Part shown: positions 52,066 to 64,000 of the stretch, one piece after another
Position numbering within the stretch: the first letter of the stretch is position 1
Layout of the letters: every line of letters begins with the position of its first letter
Source: the human T2T-CHM13v2.0 reference genome, Homo sapiens
Assembly (NCBI RefSeq): GCF_009914755.1
Contig: NC_060925.1
Direction: 5' to 3' (one strand)
Length of the DNA: 64,000 bases
Translations under genes and position numbers: made by a program
The notes under the pieces: model-generated
Database searches by the model: none
Seen by the model: the letters and a program-made list of their open reading frames with translations, nothing else
Told to the model about the DNA's origin: nothing

Positions 52066-53614
52066 TTGCTCTTCGTTGGCTTGCTGTAGACATGGGAATG
52101 GAGAGGTGAACAAGGATTTGCTGTTCCAGCCGAAAAAAACCTGAAGGCAACTATAGAGCTATTGCCAGGTTTTAAGCCTGGGTCAGATATGGGCTTTGGA
52201 GAGCTCCGTCCGGCTGCAGCGTGGAATGCTGCTAAGAGGAAAGGAATACTGCAGGGCAGGGCCTCCTGAAGGCAGGACAGAGGTGGAGGTAGGGTGCAGG
52301 CATAGCAGAGAGAGCTGGCAGAGGTAAAGCAGCTTTCAGTCAGGAACCAGGGTGGAACATGATAGTGACCTGCAGGGGCTCTGCAGCGGCCAAGGTTCAG
52401 AGAGTCATGAGGTGCAGTGGGTGGACAGCAAACAGTGTGGATAGAAGGTGGCACCAATGATACAATGATTTGCCTGCAACCCCGAGAGCATCAGAACTCT
52501 TTGCTGAAAGCAACCAACCTTGAGGAAGATAAATGAGATTAAGTTTCTGGCCCCTGGCAGGATGGGGCCTCAAAATAGAAACTGAATTCAGTTATAGAAA
52601 AATAAGAAAGTTACATTTCCTGCACTTCTTTTTTGAGATTGAGGCTTACTTAAACTTACATTGTGGTTTAAGTCTGTCTTCCCTCCAGGCCATGAGCTCC
52701 AAGACAGCAGGAAGAGGTCTCCTCTCTTTGCCACTATATTTTTAGTGCCTAGCTCAGTGCTTGGCACAGGGAAAATACTCAAGACCTATGTATGAAGTGA
52801 GCGAATAAAGATCGACCCATGACAACTACTGTATATTCATTAGCTGGACTGACTTGTAATTCTATTGGCTCCATTTCACAGACAGGGAAAGAAAGTCAGG
52901 GTGTGGCATCGCTTGCTGAGTGCCTCACAAGAACCTAGTTGGGATTCAGACCCAGTTCTGCTGGCTTCAAAGCAGTGCTCTTTCCATGAAGACAAGATGC
53001 ACAGAGCAAGGAGTCTATCTGCATGTGATTTGTGGAATAATTTGCATATGCCTGCATGATTTTCTCTCTAGAGAATTCTGTGCAAAATTTATTGTTTCTG
53101 TTCTCTGTTCAGAGGCAGTCCTCTGTAGTGGGAAGGGCCAAGGTTTGAAGCAAGACAGTTTGAGGTCTCTGCTTGGCCCAGTGTGTGATGTGCACAACAG
53201 CAGCCACTCTAGGCCCTTCCTTGACCTGGCACCAGACCCCTGTCTGCCCTCAGCTGAGTCCAAGGGCCTCGAATTATGGACTCACAAGGAGTCTGGCCCT
53301 GATGACCTTAAAGTTCACGGAGTATAAGTCCTCACCCTCCTGCCCCCAACTCTGCCCATTTCACAGATGAAGAGACAGAAGTCTAGAAAAGTGAAAGGCC
53401 CCGTCACAAACGCTTAGTGGATCTAGCACCACACCTATAGTGGGAAGCTGTTTGGGATAGCGAGGAGAAGAGGAAGAACAGGTGAAGAAGAGAGGTGGGA
53501 GGAAAGCAGAATGGGGGAGGAGCAAAGGTCACTACCTCATTGACAGGAAGTATGAAGCTGTGCTTGGTCCCGGTGCCTGGCAATATTGGTGTTTGTGAGA
53601 GCATGGTGTGTGCA

Positions 53615-53639
53615 TGTGTGTGTGTGTGTGTGTGTGTGT
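53615..53639 (+). repeat. (TG)12 microsatellite
   Basis: Directly visible. Confidence 0.95.
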
Positions 53640-56600
53640 ATCCACATCCTCCTCCCTCTTCTTACTCCCACAAAATAACCCTGAGGAGTGAACTTCCTGG
53701 GAGAGGGCTAGCTCTTTGTCTCCATAGTCTAGGCCCTGATGGGCACCTTGGCATGTAGCAGCAGGGCTCAGGCTGGGAGGCAGGAGACCTCGATCTAGTC
53801 CCCACTCCACCACCAACTTACCAGGTGACATCCAGTGAATCCCTGGACTATTCTGAAAAGAAGAGCTGAGAGCTGCCCAGTGACCTGGTGGAATTCCTGT
53901 GGAAGAGTGAAGGTGAAGAGGGGATTGTGGGTACTGGTCAGGCACCTACCTGTGCCTGGGGCTGACCCACCATTGACCTACACTGTCTCATTAAACCCTC
54001 ACAGCAGCCCCTTGAGGAAGACATTGCTGCCCCCATTTTGCAGGTCAGGAAATAGGGGCTGTGAGAGGCAAGGACTTAGGCAAAGTCCCCTAGCTAGATG
54101 GAAATGGTAGGCTCAAACTCAGGCCCATCAAACTCCAAAGCCACAGCTGTGCCCACTGCCCCTGCTGCCCTTCAGAGCATGGCATGGCTCCCCACAGTAG
54201 CATTTCATAAGTGCTGGTTTCATTAATTCAATGATAAAGGGTCTGGAGAGGACAAAGTACTCTGCAAATGGAAATTTTCAATGAAAGTTGGCCCCAGAGT
54301 CCCAGGAAGAGTCAGTGAAAGAACATACACTTGACCAAGAGTCAGAAACAAGGTCAACAAGGTCTAGGTCTGGTTCAGGCCAAGCTCCTGGCTTGCAAAG
54401 TGACCCTCCAGGTGAGCAGAGCTCAGCTAGTGACCCTCTCAGGAAGGCGACGAGGAAGAGCTGGGGCCCACAGTCTGGGAGGCCCACACCTGGGTTTGGT
54501 TCACAGTAAGGATTAGAGGAACCAGGTACAAAGTGCCTCATGGAGGCCCTGGCACCGGCCATGTGCTCCATTAGTGCTAGCTCCTCCCCTACTGCTGGCA
54601 CTTATTTAGTATTTTCTCTATTCCAGACCATCCTAAATGCTCGATGGATATGAACTGTGTCAGTCTTCACAACAACGCTGTGAGGCAGGATTTCTATTAT
54701 TATTTCCCTTTTGAGATAAAGGAACTGTGGCATAAGGAGATTTTGTGGTTTTCCCAGGGTTACATTGCAGTAAGGGGAGGAGCTGGGATTCATGCTTCGC
54801 AGTGTAGCAGCTTGAGGGATGGCGCTCTCACATGGCTGGCCACAGGGCCACACAGGAGCTCCTCTGACCTCTCCCGTAGTCACTGGAGAACAGGATAGTT
54901 TGGCCTCACAGAGGTCATGGGCAGGGTTTGGAGTAGCAGAGTAAGCATCCCACCAACAAGCAGAGTCTTGAGGAATCTGAGCCCTGCTACCCTTGCTGCC
55001 ACCCCTTCCAGAGCTATGTGGTGACAGGACTTCACTCTACTCCCAGCAGCAGGTGCATCAGCAGCTCGGCGGTGAGAACTGTGGTCCCAGCCAGATGGGC
55101 ACAACCGGCTTCACATGCCTGTTCCCTGCTCAAGGTCACTGAGCCAGTTAATGTGGAAGAGTTAACAGAACTGAAGGTATGTCAGCATCTGTCCACACCT
55201 TGGACCTGCCTGCTATCCCCAGAAGAAGGTGGGCTGATGGGGGCTGAGGGAAGATGGACACATTTAGGGCTATGACTGAGGAAGAAACTCCCAGCTGTGC
55301 CCTGTGGGGCTGTGATCGGGCTGTCTACATGTAGCTGAGACACCCTCAGAAAAGACCATGCCTCAGTTCTGTATTGGTAAAGTGGGGTAATGATGCCTCT
55401 TACACTGCCTCAAGGAAGTATGAATTGTGTGTCTCATGGGGCAGATACAGAGACAAGGAAAGATGAGAAACAGGATTGGGGAGATGGACTCCAGAACCAC
55501 ACTTGTCGTGAATTAGCCGTGTGACTTTGGGTAAGCCATTGTGCTTCCCTGAGGCTCCGCATCCTGATCTGTAAAATGCACATCAATTGTTGTGGGTGAT
55601 CAGAACTCTGAGTTCTTTCAGGTATAAGACTTCACCTTCTAGTAGTTCCCATCCCTGAGTGGGACAAGGGAACATGTACAGGCTTGGGAGTTAGCTAGAC
55701 CTAGGTTAAAAGCCCCACTCCGCTATTTAATGACTGTGTAACCCTGAAGCTCCTCTTTCTGAGTTCAACGCAGCATTTTTTCCTCACAACAGCCCCATAA
55801 GATGAACAAGAAACCCCATTTGACAGATGTGGAAAATGACAGTTGGAGACCAGCCCTAGACCTTACACAGCTCATGGTATAGAGGGAAAAACAAATATGA
55901 GTCAAGTATATGATAATAAATCAGGGCAATAGAGATGACCGTTATCAATAAAGATGATGGCCATCTTTAGATCCACAATGCAGGCACAAAGCAGGTGGCA
56001 GGAGGGAGTGGGCCAGGGAGGCCCACAGTGGGGGCACTCACAATGAGCCCTGTGAGATGGATGGGGCTTGCCAGGTGGCAAGGAGCAGGCACAGGGCCTG
56101 CCAGGCAGAGGGAGCAGCAGGTGTAAAGGTGCACTGGTCAAGAGAAGACCGCCCACTCAAGGTTTCAGCTGTGTGGGGCTGAGTGTATGAGGCTGAGGCC
56201 AGAGAACCAGGTGAGAGCCAGATGACAGAGGGCTGGGAATGTCATGCCAGGGAGTTGTAGTTTATTTTGAGAAGCCAGCAGGCAGGCATTGAAAGACTCT
56301 GTCAAGGAACAGACATTTATTGAAAACCTACAGAACGCCATTGAGTGTATGAACTCAGCACCATCCAAAGATTCCCTTTTAGTAACAGGGTCTTCAGAGA
56401 GCACCTGAGATCCATTCAATTCCTCTCTGCCTCAGTCGTTACCTGTGAAATGGGATGGCAACCCTGCTCTCTGTCTACTGCCCACAGGGGAGGTGAGCAC
56501 AGGGGTTTGGGCTCCCAGAGATGAACATATTGATGGTAAGGCTACTGTCTTTTTACAAACAAGGACAAAGCAGTTACATCCAATCAGCTGGGGGAAGAGA

Positions 56601-57917
56601 TCTGCTGCCAAGTTTAGTAACTGACAGATGGCGCAAGTAAAGGGGTTGGTAAACCCAGGAGGGACCTCAAGAGGTTACTGCAAGGACAATGTTGGGGAGG
56701 AAGAAGGCCAAAGTGAGAATGCTAAGGAGTCAGCTATAGTGACTGGAGCCTCAGTCATGCATCATACAAGCTGGTCGGCTTTGGGCAAGTCACTGCCTCC
56801 CTGAAACTCCATCTTCTCATCTGAAATAAAGAGGAAGGCAATCGTGCCTAACTAAAGCATTGTAAGAATACGAACTGGGAAAATAAAGCCCATATTTATT
56901 TGCACAGTGCTTGATAGTTTACAAAGCAGATTACCTGCTTCATCTTCTCAGATTCCCACGGGGAAGGCGGTAACATCTGTTGAGTGCCTGCTGTGTGCCA
57001 GGCACAGGACTGGGTGTGCTGTTTATATTCATCTCATGCCAGCTTCGTAACAGCCTGCCTGGGTAGTATCATTTTACATTTGAGGCAACTGAAGTCACAC
57101 TGCTGGAAAGTGGCACAGCCAATACTTGACCTCAGGATTGTCTGATTTCAAATCCTCAGAGGCTTCCACTGCAGTGTGCCACCTCCCTTGAGTTATAGAA
57201 CCTACACAGGCGTTTCATATCTCTTTGACCTCATGGTCACTTTGAGATTAAAATGAGATAAATTACTTAACTTCTCTAAACTTCAGCTTGCTCAACAATA
57301 TACATATATATTGCTGACTATAGCTGACTAAATGTAGTATGGATGAAATATGTAATAATAAGTAAAAGTGCAATTATAAACAGAAACACTTGAGAATAAA
57401 AATTATGACTTATTTGCCTCTGGTTGTCTGATGCCAAGTGTGCTTACTCTTGGCAGGTATTTCAAAAGTTGTTTAAGTGAATGATTGAATGAATGAGTGA
57501 AGAGATAGTTTTCAGTCATTACCTCCCATTTCACAGCTCTTCTGCCAACATACACATTGACCTGGGGCCAGATTTCTTGCTGTTGTAAACCACTGGAGGC
57601 AAGTAAAGCTAGGGAGTGTAGATGATTCTGTATGGCTCTTCCTCACCACAGCACATATGAGATAACTTCGTTCAGCCCTCCCTGTTCATTTATCCATCCA
57701 TCCATCTATCCATTGATTAATTAATTCATACATACGTCTAGTCAATAAACATTTATTGAAATAAAACCTAATGGAGATCAGGTAAAATCTCTTTAAAGAA
57801 ATGCATTAAATTTTCATTTAAGATAATGGCTCTGCATGTGGCCACACTGTTCCAGAGATCATCACAGTGTCCCAGTTGGATGTGGGTATAGGATACCTAT
57901 GAGATCCTGCCACTCAC

Positions 57918-58007
57918 CTTGGCACACAAATGATGAGGGTGTTTCCCCTGGGTGGACTCGTCCTGTGATGAATACCACCTTCTGCTCTGCCCCTTCCCGG
58001 AGATTGT
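57918..58007 (-). CDS. AGBL4: AGBL4/CCP6 internal coding exon (probably exon 7), 90 nt, phase 1-1; carries the zinc-binding HxxE motif
   Basis: Minus strand reads ctttcattttatcttacag|ACAATCTCC...TGCCAAG|gtgagt. Translates to (D)NLREGAEQKVVFITGRVHPGETPSSFVCQ(G); RVHPGE is the cytosolic carboxypeptidase zinc-ligand motif. Matches my recollection of human AGBL4; exon number is from memory. Confidence 0.97.
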
Positions 58008-58269
58008 CTGTAAGATAAAATGAAAGATGGTTGCTAAGGAGGGCAAGAAAAGCTGAGTCTAGTGGTTGGTGTGTGGCAGGGAACCCCAGAGGGAATGGGC
58101 TGGATGTTTTACATTTACCTCTTAAACCACTGGGTTAGAATCATTAAGGTCCAGCCATTGCTGACTAATTTAATTATGTCCCTACCCAACAAAAGACTAC
58201 ATTCCCTTTTGTTGGTACAACTGATCATATTATATTAATATATAGTATTTATAATCATCCAAGGAAGCC

Positions 58270-58700
58270 ATATGAGTGAATTTGAATCCCAAATCCATTG
58301 ACTGTGACTTTAGGCAACTTGTGTATCCTTTCCAAGTTTCCATTTTCTAATCTATAAACAAGGATGACAATATATCCTTGTTTATAGGTTATAAACAAGG
58401 ATTTTAATAGGTTTGTTGTGATGATTAAACAGGCTTACACATTGCATAGTACACAGTAAACATTCAGTAAATGATGGAGTAGAGAAGGTAGCTATTTATA
58501 TATTAGTAATAGTAGCATCTGCCATTTAATTAGCTCCTTTTGTGTCAGGCACATTATATACATACATAATCCTTACAGGAACATGCTGTTAATGTGTTTT
58601 TTTAATAGAGGCAGAAGTGAGGCTCATGGAGGTTATATAACTTGTTCAAGGTCACACAGCTGAAAAGTGGTGGTAGGAGCTGAGATTAGATCCCAATCCC
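58270..58700. mobile_element. Two MIRs, tail to tail (+ at about 58270-58480, - at about 58510-58700)
   Basis: tttgaatccc...ctgtgactttaggcaa; then cttgttcaaggtcacacagct. Confidence 0.7.
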
Positions 58701-58724
58701 TTGTCTGGCCTTCATTTCCCTTTT

Positions 58725-59445
58725 ATCTTAAACAACTAAAAAACTGGACAAAATATTCAAAACAAGTATTTTCAGACATTGAACAAGAGCCAATGCAAGA
58801 TAATCAATGAGAGAAGGAAAACAAATGAGATATGCCCTATGATTGCCCTGGCTTTTTGCCTGATGATCCTTTCCAGACCAAAGAGCAGAGAGGGGTATCC
58901 TGAGCAAAGCAAAGAAGCCTCACTGAGATTCAAGTTCAGTAGGTAGTAGTTGGGTAACTGTGAGCTCCAGAGAGGGGGAAGCACTGTAGAAAAAGAGTTC
59001 CAGAAATCTGTACAGGAATCCTCTTGATTCTTTGTTGGATGTGCATACATAGGGTGACTCCCCATGATGTCAGGAAAAAATGATCAAGGAGCTGTGAACT
59101 GCACAGTCCTTAGGGTCACACAGGGCTAAGAATCATTTGAATTCCCACAACTAAAGAGGAAGTCCTCACTGATCATCCAAGGAGAATGAGAATTCAGACG
59201 GGCAATGTCTTAGTGGTAGGGAAAAACTACTGTAGACCACCACATTCACAAAGCTTTAAAACAAGTCTCAAAAGGATCAAACTGAACAAAAGAAACTTAA
59301 ATGCTTGATGTACAAAGCCCAACTCTCTTTAAAGGAAGGCAACAAAATCCAGAGAGTCAAAGCAATGTATAATTTGCAATATCCAGCATCCAATAAAAAA
59401 TGATTAGACATGCAGAAAAGTAGGAAAATGTGGCTCCAAATCAGA
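58725..59445 (+). mobile_element. Ancient L1M 5' UTR fragment
   Basis: aaacaactaaaaaactggacaaaatat...aaacaagtctcaaaaggatcaaactga...agacatgcagaaaagtaggaaaatgtg. Confidence 0.65.
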
Positions 59446-61579
59446 ACTCAAGCTCTTTTTGTCTCTGCAGAAGTCTAATTTGTATAATAAAGTTGAACTA
59501 TTGTGCAAAGATATCATCAGACAAAAGCAACAGCCAAGGGTGGCATTCCCAGAAAGAAACATCTGGGGAAGGATACTCAGCAGTGGGCAGACGAAGGGCT
59601 GATTGATACAGAGCACAACAATTACCTGAAGAAAATTTAGAAAGAACATTGAGAGAGGTTGAATTGAAGGATTTATCAATGTTTGAGGATGATCTGGAGG
59701 GAGAGAATAGAAATAATTAATAGGATTTCTCCTTCTGAAATGCTGGAGACATGCTATTCTGAACGTGGTTCTTTATTCCAACAGTCACTGCACCAATGTC
59801 AGAGATGAAACTAAAAATATTAACCCTTTTAAACCTGGTTCTAAAGGCTTGGGACTTGCTTGTCCATTGGGATGATCAGTATGGGTGGAGTCACTGCTTC
59901 CCCTGAAAGGCAGCAAGAAATATCATGGAACCAAAATATAGTCTTGAGAACTCACTCTGCTCAGCTCTGTGCTAGGCACCTTTAGGAACAAAGGGAGAGA
60001 CAGAAGGCTCACCTGCCCTGAAGTTTATTATTTAAAGAGGAATTCAACACCTAAGCATTTCCTGGACTGAATATAAGCTCCTCAAGGAAGAAACTGCAAC
60101 TTCCATGGGTGTATGGCTAATGTCTTTCCCAGGACCCCCTGCATGGAGTAGGTGCTCGAGGACTGGCTATTGAATTAATAAATAAAAATACTTGTGTAGA
60201 AGATGGTTTATAAAGAAATATCGACTCATATTATGTTTTTTAATCTTTATCATGCCTCTGTGAGGTGGACAGTATTAACTCCATTTTATGGGTGAGGAAC
60301 TGAGGCTCACAGAAGGAAGGGACATGCCCAAGGTCATTCAGCTAGCAGTGGTAGAGTTAAGTCCCAGCACCCAGCCAGTGCCCCTTTCACTACCCTGTTT
60401 CATTCTGGATCCAGTAAAAACAATATAAGATTCCACTTCTGCTGCATTTCCATTTACAATTTACACAAGAGAATTTCATTTTATCTTATTGTGATGGAAA
60501 CTGAGCCGCTGTCTTAGTATTTATATTGCTTTTTCACTTAAAAAAAATCAACAAGCCCTTTTAAAAGACACTGTCTAACACTGACCCCATCTTCCAGCAG
60601 TCCAGAAATGATAAATGGCACTAAGGAGGCCCTTGGTGAAGGCTAACTTTATGGATGTCTCCCCTGACCCCGTATCAAGTCAATTGCATTCAGCATTTCT
60701 GCTGACCACAGGGAAATGCAAAATGGGCATTCTATTTGCACACTAATTTTACTGAGCCCTTGCGTCTTCATAAAATGATAACATGGGGCTAATAAAAATC
60801 AAGCATCTCGGGTGCTAATATAAGCAAATGTTGATGCAGGCAGGTAGCAAATTGCTTTGTCATTTAGAAGGCCGTAAAAGAGCATTATAATCATCTTTAG
60901 GCAAAATGGATGGGTCGCCTTTGCTTAGCTTTTAGCTTTCATTTGCAAAATCAATTTAAGGTAATGCAGCAGCTCTGAGGTGGTGACTACCCCACCCCCT
61001 CCTGTCACCAAATCTCCAGACTCTGTGCAAAGCCAATTAAACATATTCTTGGTGGAGGCAGGACAGATGAAGAAGAAAGTATGCTTGAACCAAGCCAGGG
61101 TGGAACAGAATGCAAACAATGAGACCAAGAACAACTCATAAGAGATAGAACAACTAAAGAGCTCATGTAGGCTGACATGCTCAAGGGTACAAGGGCACAC
61201 TCAAAAAACACTGGGCAGCTACACCTGGCTCCCCAGTTAAACAGCAGGTGTTTGAAGTAACGTGCTTTGTGTGGCATCCTTAGCATGCACGTGCACACAC
61301 ACATACACAGACACACCTTTGTCACTATAACCCTCTATCATCTGCTATTTCCTTAATCATCACATATTTATTGAATACCTATTAGATGGCCAGGCACTAG
61401 CTATTATTATTTTCATTTTACAGAAAACCAAGGCCAAGAGAGTTAAGTGACTTGTCCTAGTTCTTACAGCTAATTTGGCAGAGCCAAAGTCCCAAGCCAG
61501 ATAGCCTGACTCCAGAAACTGTGTTCCTAACCTCTATATTATACTGTCTTCTAGGAAGGAGGACAATATCATCCCATTG

Positions 61580-61835
61580 CAATAGCAATTAAGTAATATT
61601 TATGTAGCACTTATTCTTTGCCAGGCACTTTACATGCATGATCTTATTTAATTCTCAAAGCAACCCAATGAAATATCTACTATTCTTAGACTAGACTCTT
61701 TTATAGATTAGAAAATTGAGATCCAGAAAGGTTAAATGACTTGCCTAAACTTGCATAAGTAGCAAATGTGGGAGCCAGAATTAAACACAGGTCTTTATGA
61801 TTCTCAAATTTGTGCTTTTAACTACTGTGTCATAT
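61580..61835 (-). mobile_element. MIR SINE, near full length; another lies at about 61365-61545
   Basis: gccaggcactttacatgcatgatcttatttaattctca...aggttaaatgacttgcc. Confidence 0.85.
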
Positions 61836-61860
61836 TGACTTTTGGAGATTAAAATCACCC

Positions 61861-62405
61861 TATATGGTTTTTAAAAAAACATCGACAAATTCTTTGTTCA
61901 TTTCCGCCTTTCAAGAGGTGGAGATGTACTCCTCTGTCCTTCAGTGTGGGCTGGACTTAGAGACTTCCTTCTAACAAATGAAATACTATAGAAGTGATGG
62001 TGTGCCACTTCTGAGATTAAGGTATAAAAAGACTGGCTTCCATCTTGGGTGTGATATCTCTTTCTTGAAAGGCTCACCCTTGGGGAAGCCAATTGCTATG
62101 TCATAAAGGCACTCAGCCTATGGAGAAGCCCACATGGTGAGGTACTAAAGTACCCAGATAGCAGCCAGGAGGAACTGAGGTTTGCCAAAGCCATGTGAGT
62201 GCATTTGGAAGAGGATCCTGCAGTGTCCAGTGACTATAGCCCTGACTGACAGCCTACTGCAACTTCACAAGAGACCTATGCCAAAACCACCCAGCTAAGC
62301 TGTTCCCACATTCTTGACCCACAGAAATGGAGACATAATAAATATTTGCTGTTTCAAGATGCTAAATTCTAGAGTAACTTGTTAGGCAGCAATAGATAAT
62401 AGACA
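61861..62405 (+). mobile_element. MaLR solo LTR (MLT1F-like)
   Basis: tttcaagaggtggag...tgggctggacttag...gcccacatggtgagg...accacccagctaagctg...gcagcaatagataa. Confidence 0.85.
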
Positions 62406-62768
62406 TCTCCCTGAAGATAACTATATTTCTCCTAGTTGCTATGTAGACCTTAAGTAAGTTTGCATCTTATCTATTGATGCTGACTTTCAATGAGGACCAA
62501 AGCCATAATCTCGGAGCCAAGATGTGGAGAATCTCAATCTATTTGGCCAGTTATTATGGATCTGTTGCTGGTAGAGGTAGATGCCAAGAGGCCCCAAAGA
62601 GCCCTAGGTGGGTCTCTGAGGACAAAAATCTCCCAGAAGTTCATATTGTCAGTTTTGTTTCCCCATTCCTCCAGACAATGACTTGTCATGGGGATTGAGA
62701 TGCTAATGCGAAGGAAGAAGGAAATGCTACTGGGAGGGGAATGTGGAATGTTACAATGGGGGAAGCAT

Positions 62769-62803
<35 letters not shown>

Positions 62804-62804
62804 G
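62769..62804 (+). repeat. (TTG)12 microsatellite
   Basis: Perfect run. Confidence 0.97.
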
Positions 62805-63079
62805 ACACCTGAGCCTTTTTTATTTCCTTGACTTGATTGGTGAAGGCATGATAAAGTCAAGAAAATGCCCTACTATGGGTTTCTAAACCAGACAAGTTTC
62901 AGCCTTTTCTCCAGTACTCCAGGGCCCAAACAGGTCCATAGTACTCTTAAGCTGGAGAAACAAGACATCGCTGTAGCAACAACAGCATGGTTGGCTGGTA
63001 TTAATCAGAGGGCTTGCTCAGGACTGGAACAGCCCTGGCACTGGTCTCCCTGTGCCAGCACCACCCTTTCCAGTGCACC

Positions 63080-63430
63080 CTCTGCCTGGATACCAAAATG
63101 GTCTTTCTAAAATGCAAATAGGAGCATACCACTTCCTCTGCATAAAACCCTTCAGCAGTGCTCTATTGTTTGCAGAGCAAGTCCAGCCCCCTTAGCCTAG
63201 ACCATCCCTGTCTCTGGTAGCTGGTGGCTGCCTATCTCTCCAGTCCCTTCCACAGGCCCCAGCCCCAGCTAGCACTCCATGGTTCCCAAGACACGACATG
63301 TTCTCCCACACCTCCACACTGGGCACATGTTCTGTTTTCTTCCTAGGATGCCAGCCCCCATCTTGGCCGTCTGGCTTACTCCTACTCAGCCTTCAAGACT
63401 TGGTTCAGATGCACCTCCTCTAAGAAGGAA
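63080..63430 (+). mobile_element. LINE L2 fragment
   Basis: tctttctaaaatgcaaat...cataaaacccttcag...cttactcctactcagccttcaagact. Confidence 0.7.
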
Positions 63431-64000
63431 AGGAGGAAACTGATGTTCATCCAGGACTTGGACTGGGCCAACCTTGGTGTTAATGTTGCTGTGTTTTATC
63501 TGATTTTATCAGCAATGTGAGGATATCACTGTGTTGATGAGACAGACAATAAAGAGGGAATGGATGTTGTGAATTATAGTAAGAACATGGCCATAGTATA
63601 GACATTTATTGAGTATAATTTTATGAGAATATATAGGTTTAGGAGATATCAATAGAGCTTTCCTGGAGGCAGCGGAGAAGTACTAAATGCATTTGGGTAG
63701 ATATGTGACTTGATGAAATTCCAGACATTCAGGGTTAGCTCTGCCTCAGTGTTTGATGGGTGGATCCAACAAGAGGAAAGGGCTAGGTGAGGGACACTGA
63801 GGAGGACCGTGTTCCCTGTGTTTCTTCTGTACCCTGAGGGGGTCAAATGAAAAGTCAGCTGACTTCCCTGGGTAGATGGACTGGGTCTCATAACCAGGTT
63901 CCACAGAGTATTGACTGTGAGACCTTGGGCCAATTATTTATCCACCTTGAGCCTCAGTTTCCTCACTTATAAGATGAGAATAATAATCTCTAGCTCACAA

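Larger units (their letters stand above)
48220..57917 (-). other. AGBL4: AGBL4 intron (9,698 nt, GT-AG)
   Basis: Bounded by a gtgagt donor and a cctag acceptor; phases are compatible. Confidence 0.9.

Overview
Primate, almost certainly human, genomic DNA. The window lies inside AGBL4 (cytosolic carboxypeptidase 6, CCP6; human 1p33), which is transcribed on the minus strand. I found three coding exons by hand that the ORF track misses: 57918-58007, 48105-48219 and 29263-29374. All have canonical splice sites, and they splice in frame to DNLREGAEQKVVFITGRVHPGETPSSFVCQ-GIIDFLVSQHPIACVLREYLVFKIAPMLNPDGVYLGNY-RCSLMGFDLNRHWLDPSPWVHPTLHGVKQLIVQMYNDP, the M14 zinc-carboxypeptidase core. The rest is intron rich in old repeats: MIR, L2, CR1/L3, MaLR/ERVL LTRs, hAT MITEs, eight Alu-family elements, truncated L1s and microsatellites. 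I see no evidence of a new multi-gene system. The best leads are non-coding: a palindromic element with RFX X-boxes, a MER121-like element, homeodomain-motif-dense enhancer candidates, an antisense exon and promoter signature near 14.3-14.8 kb, and a hairpin repair scar between direct repeats. Repeat subfamily names come from recalled consensus sequences, not a database search. Boundaries of old repeats are approximate.
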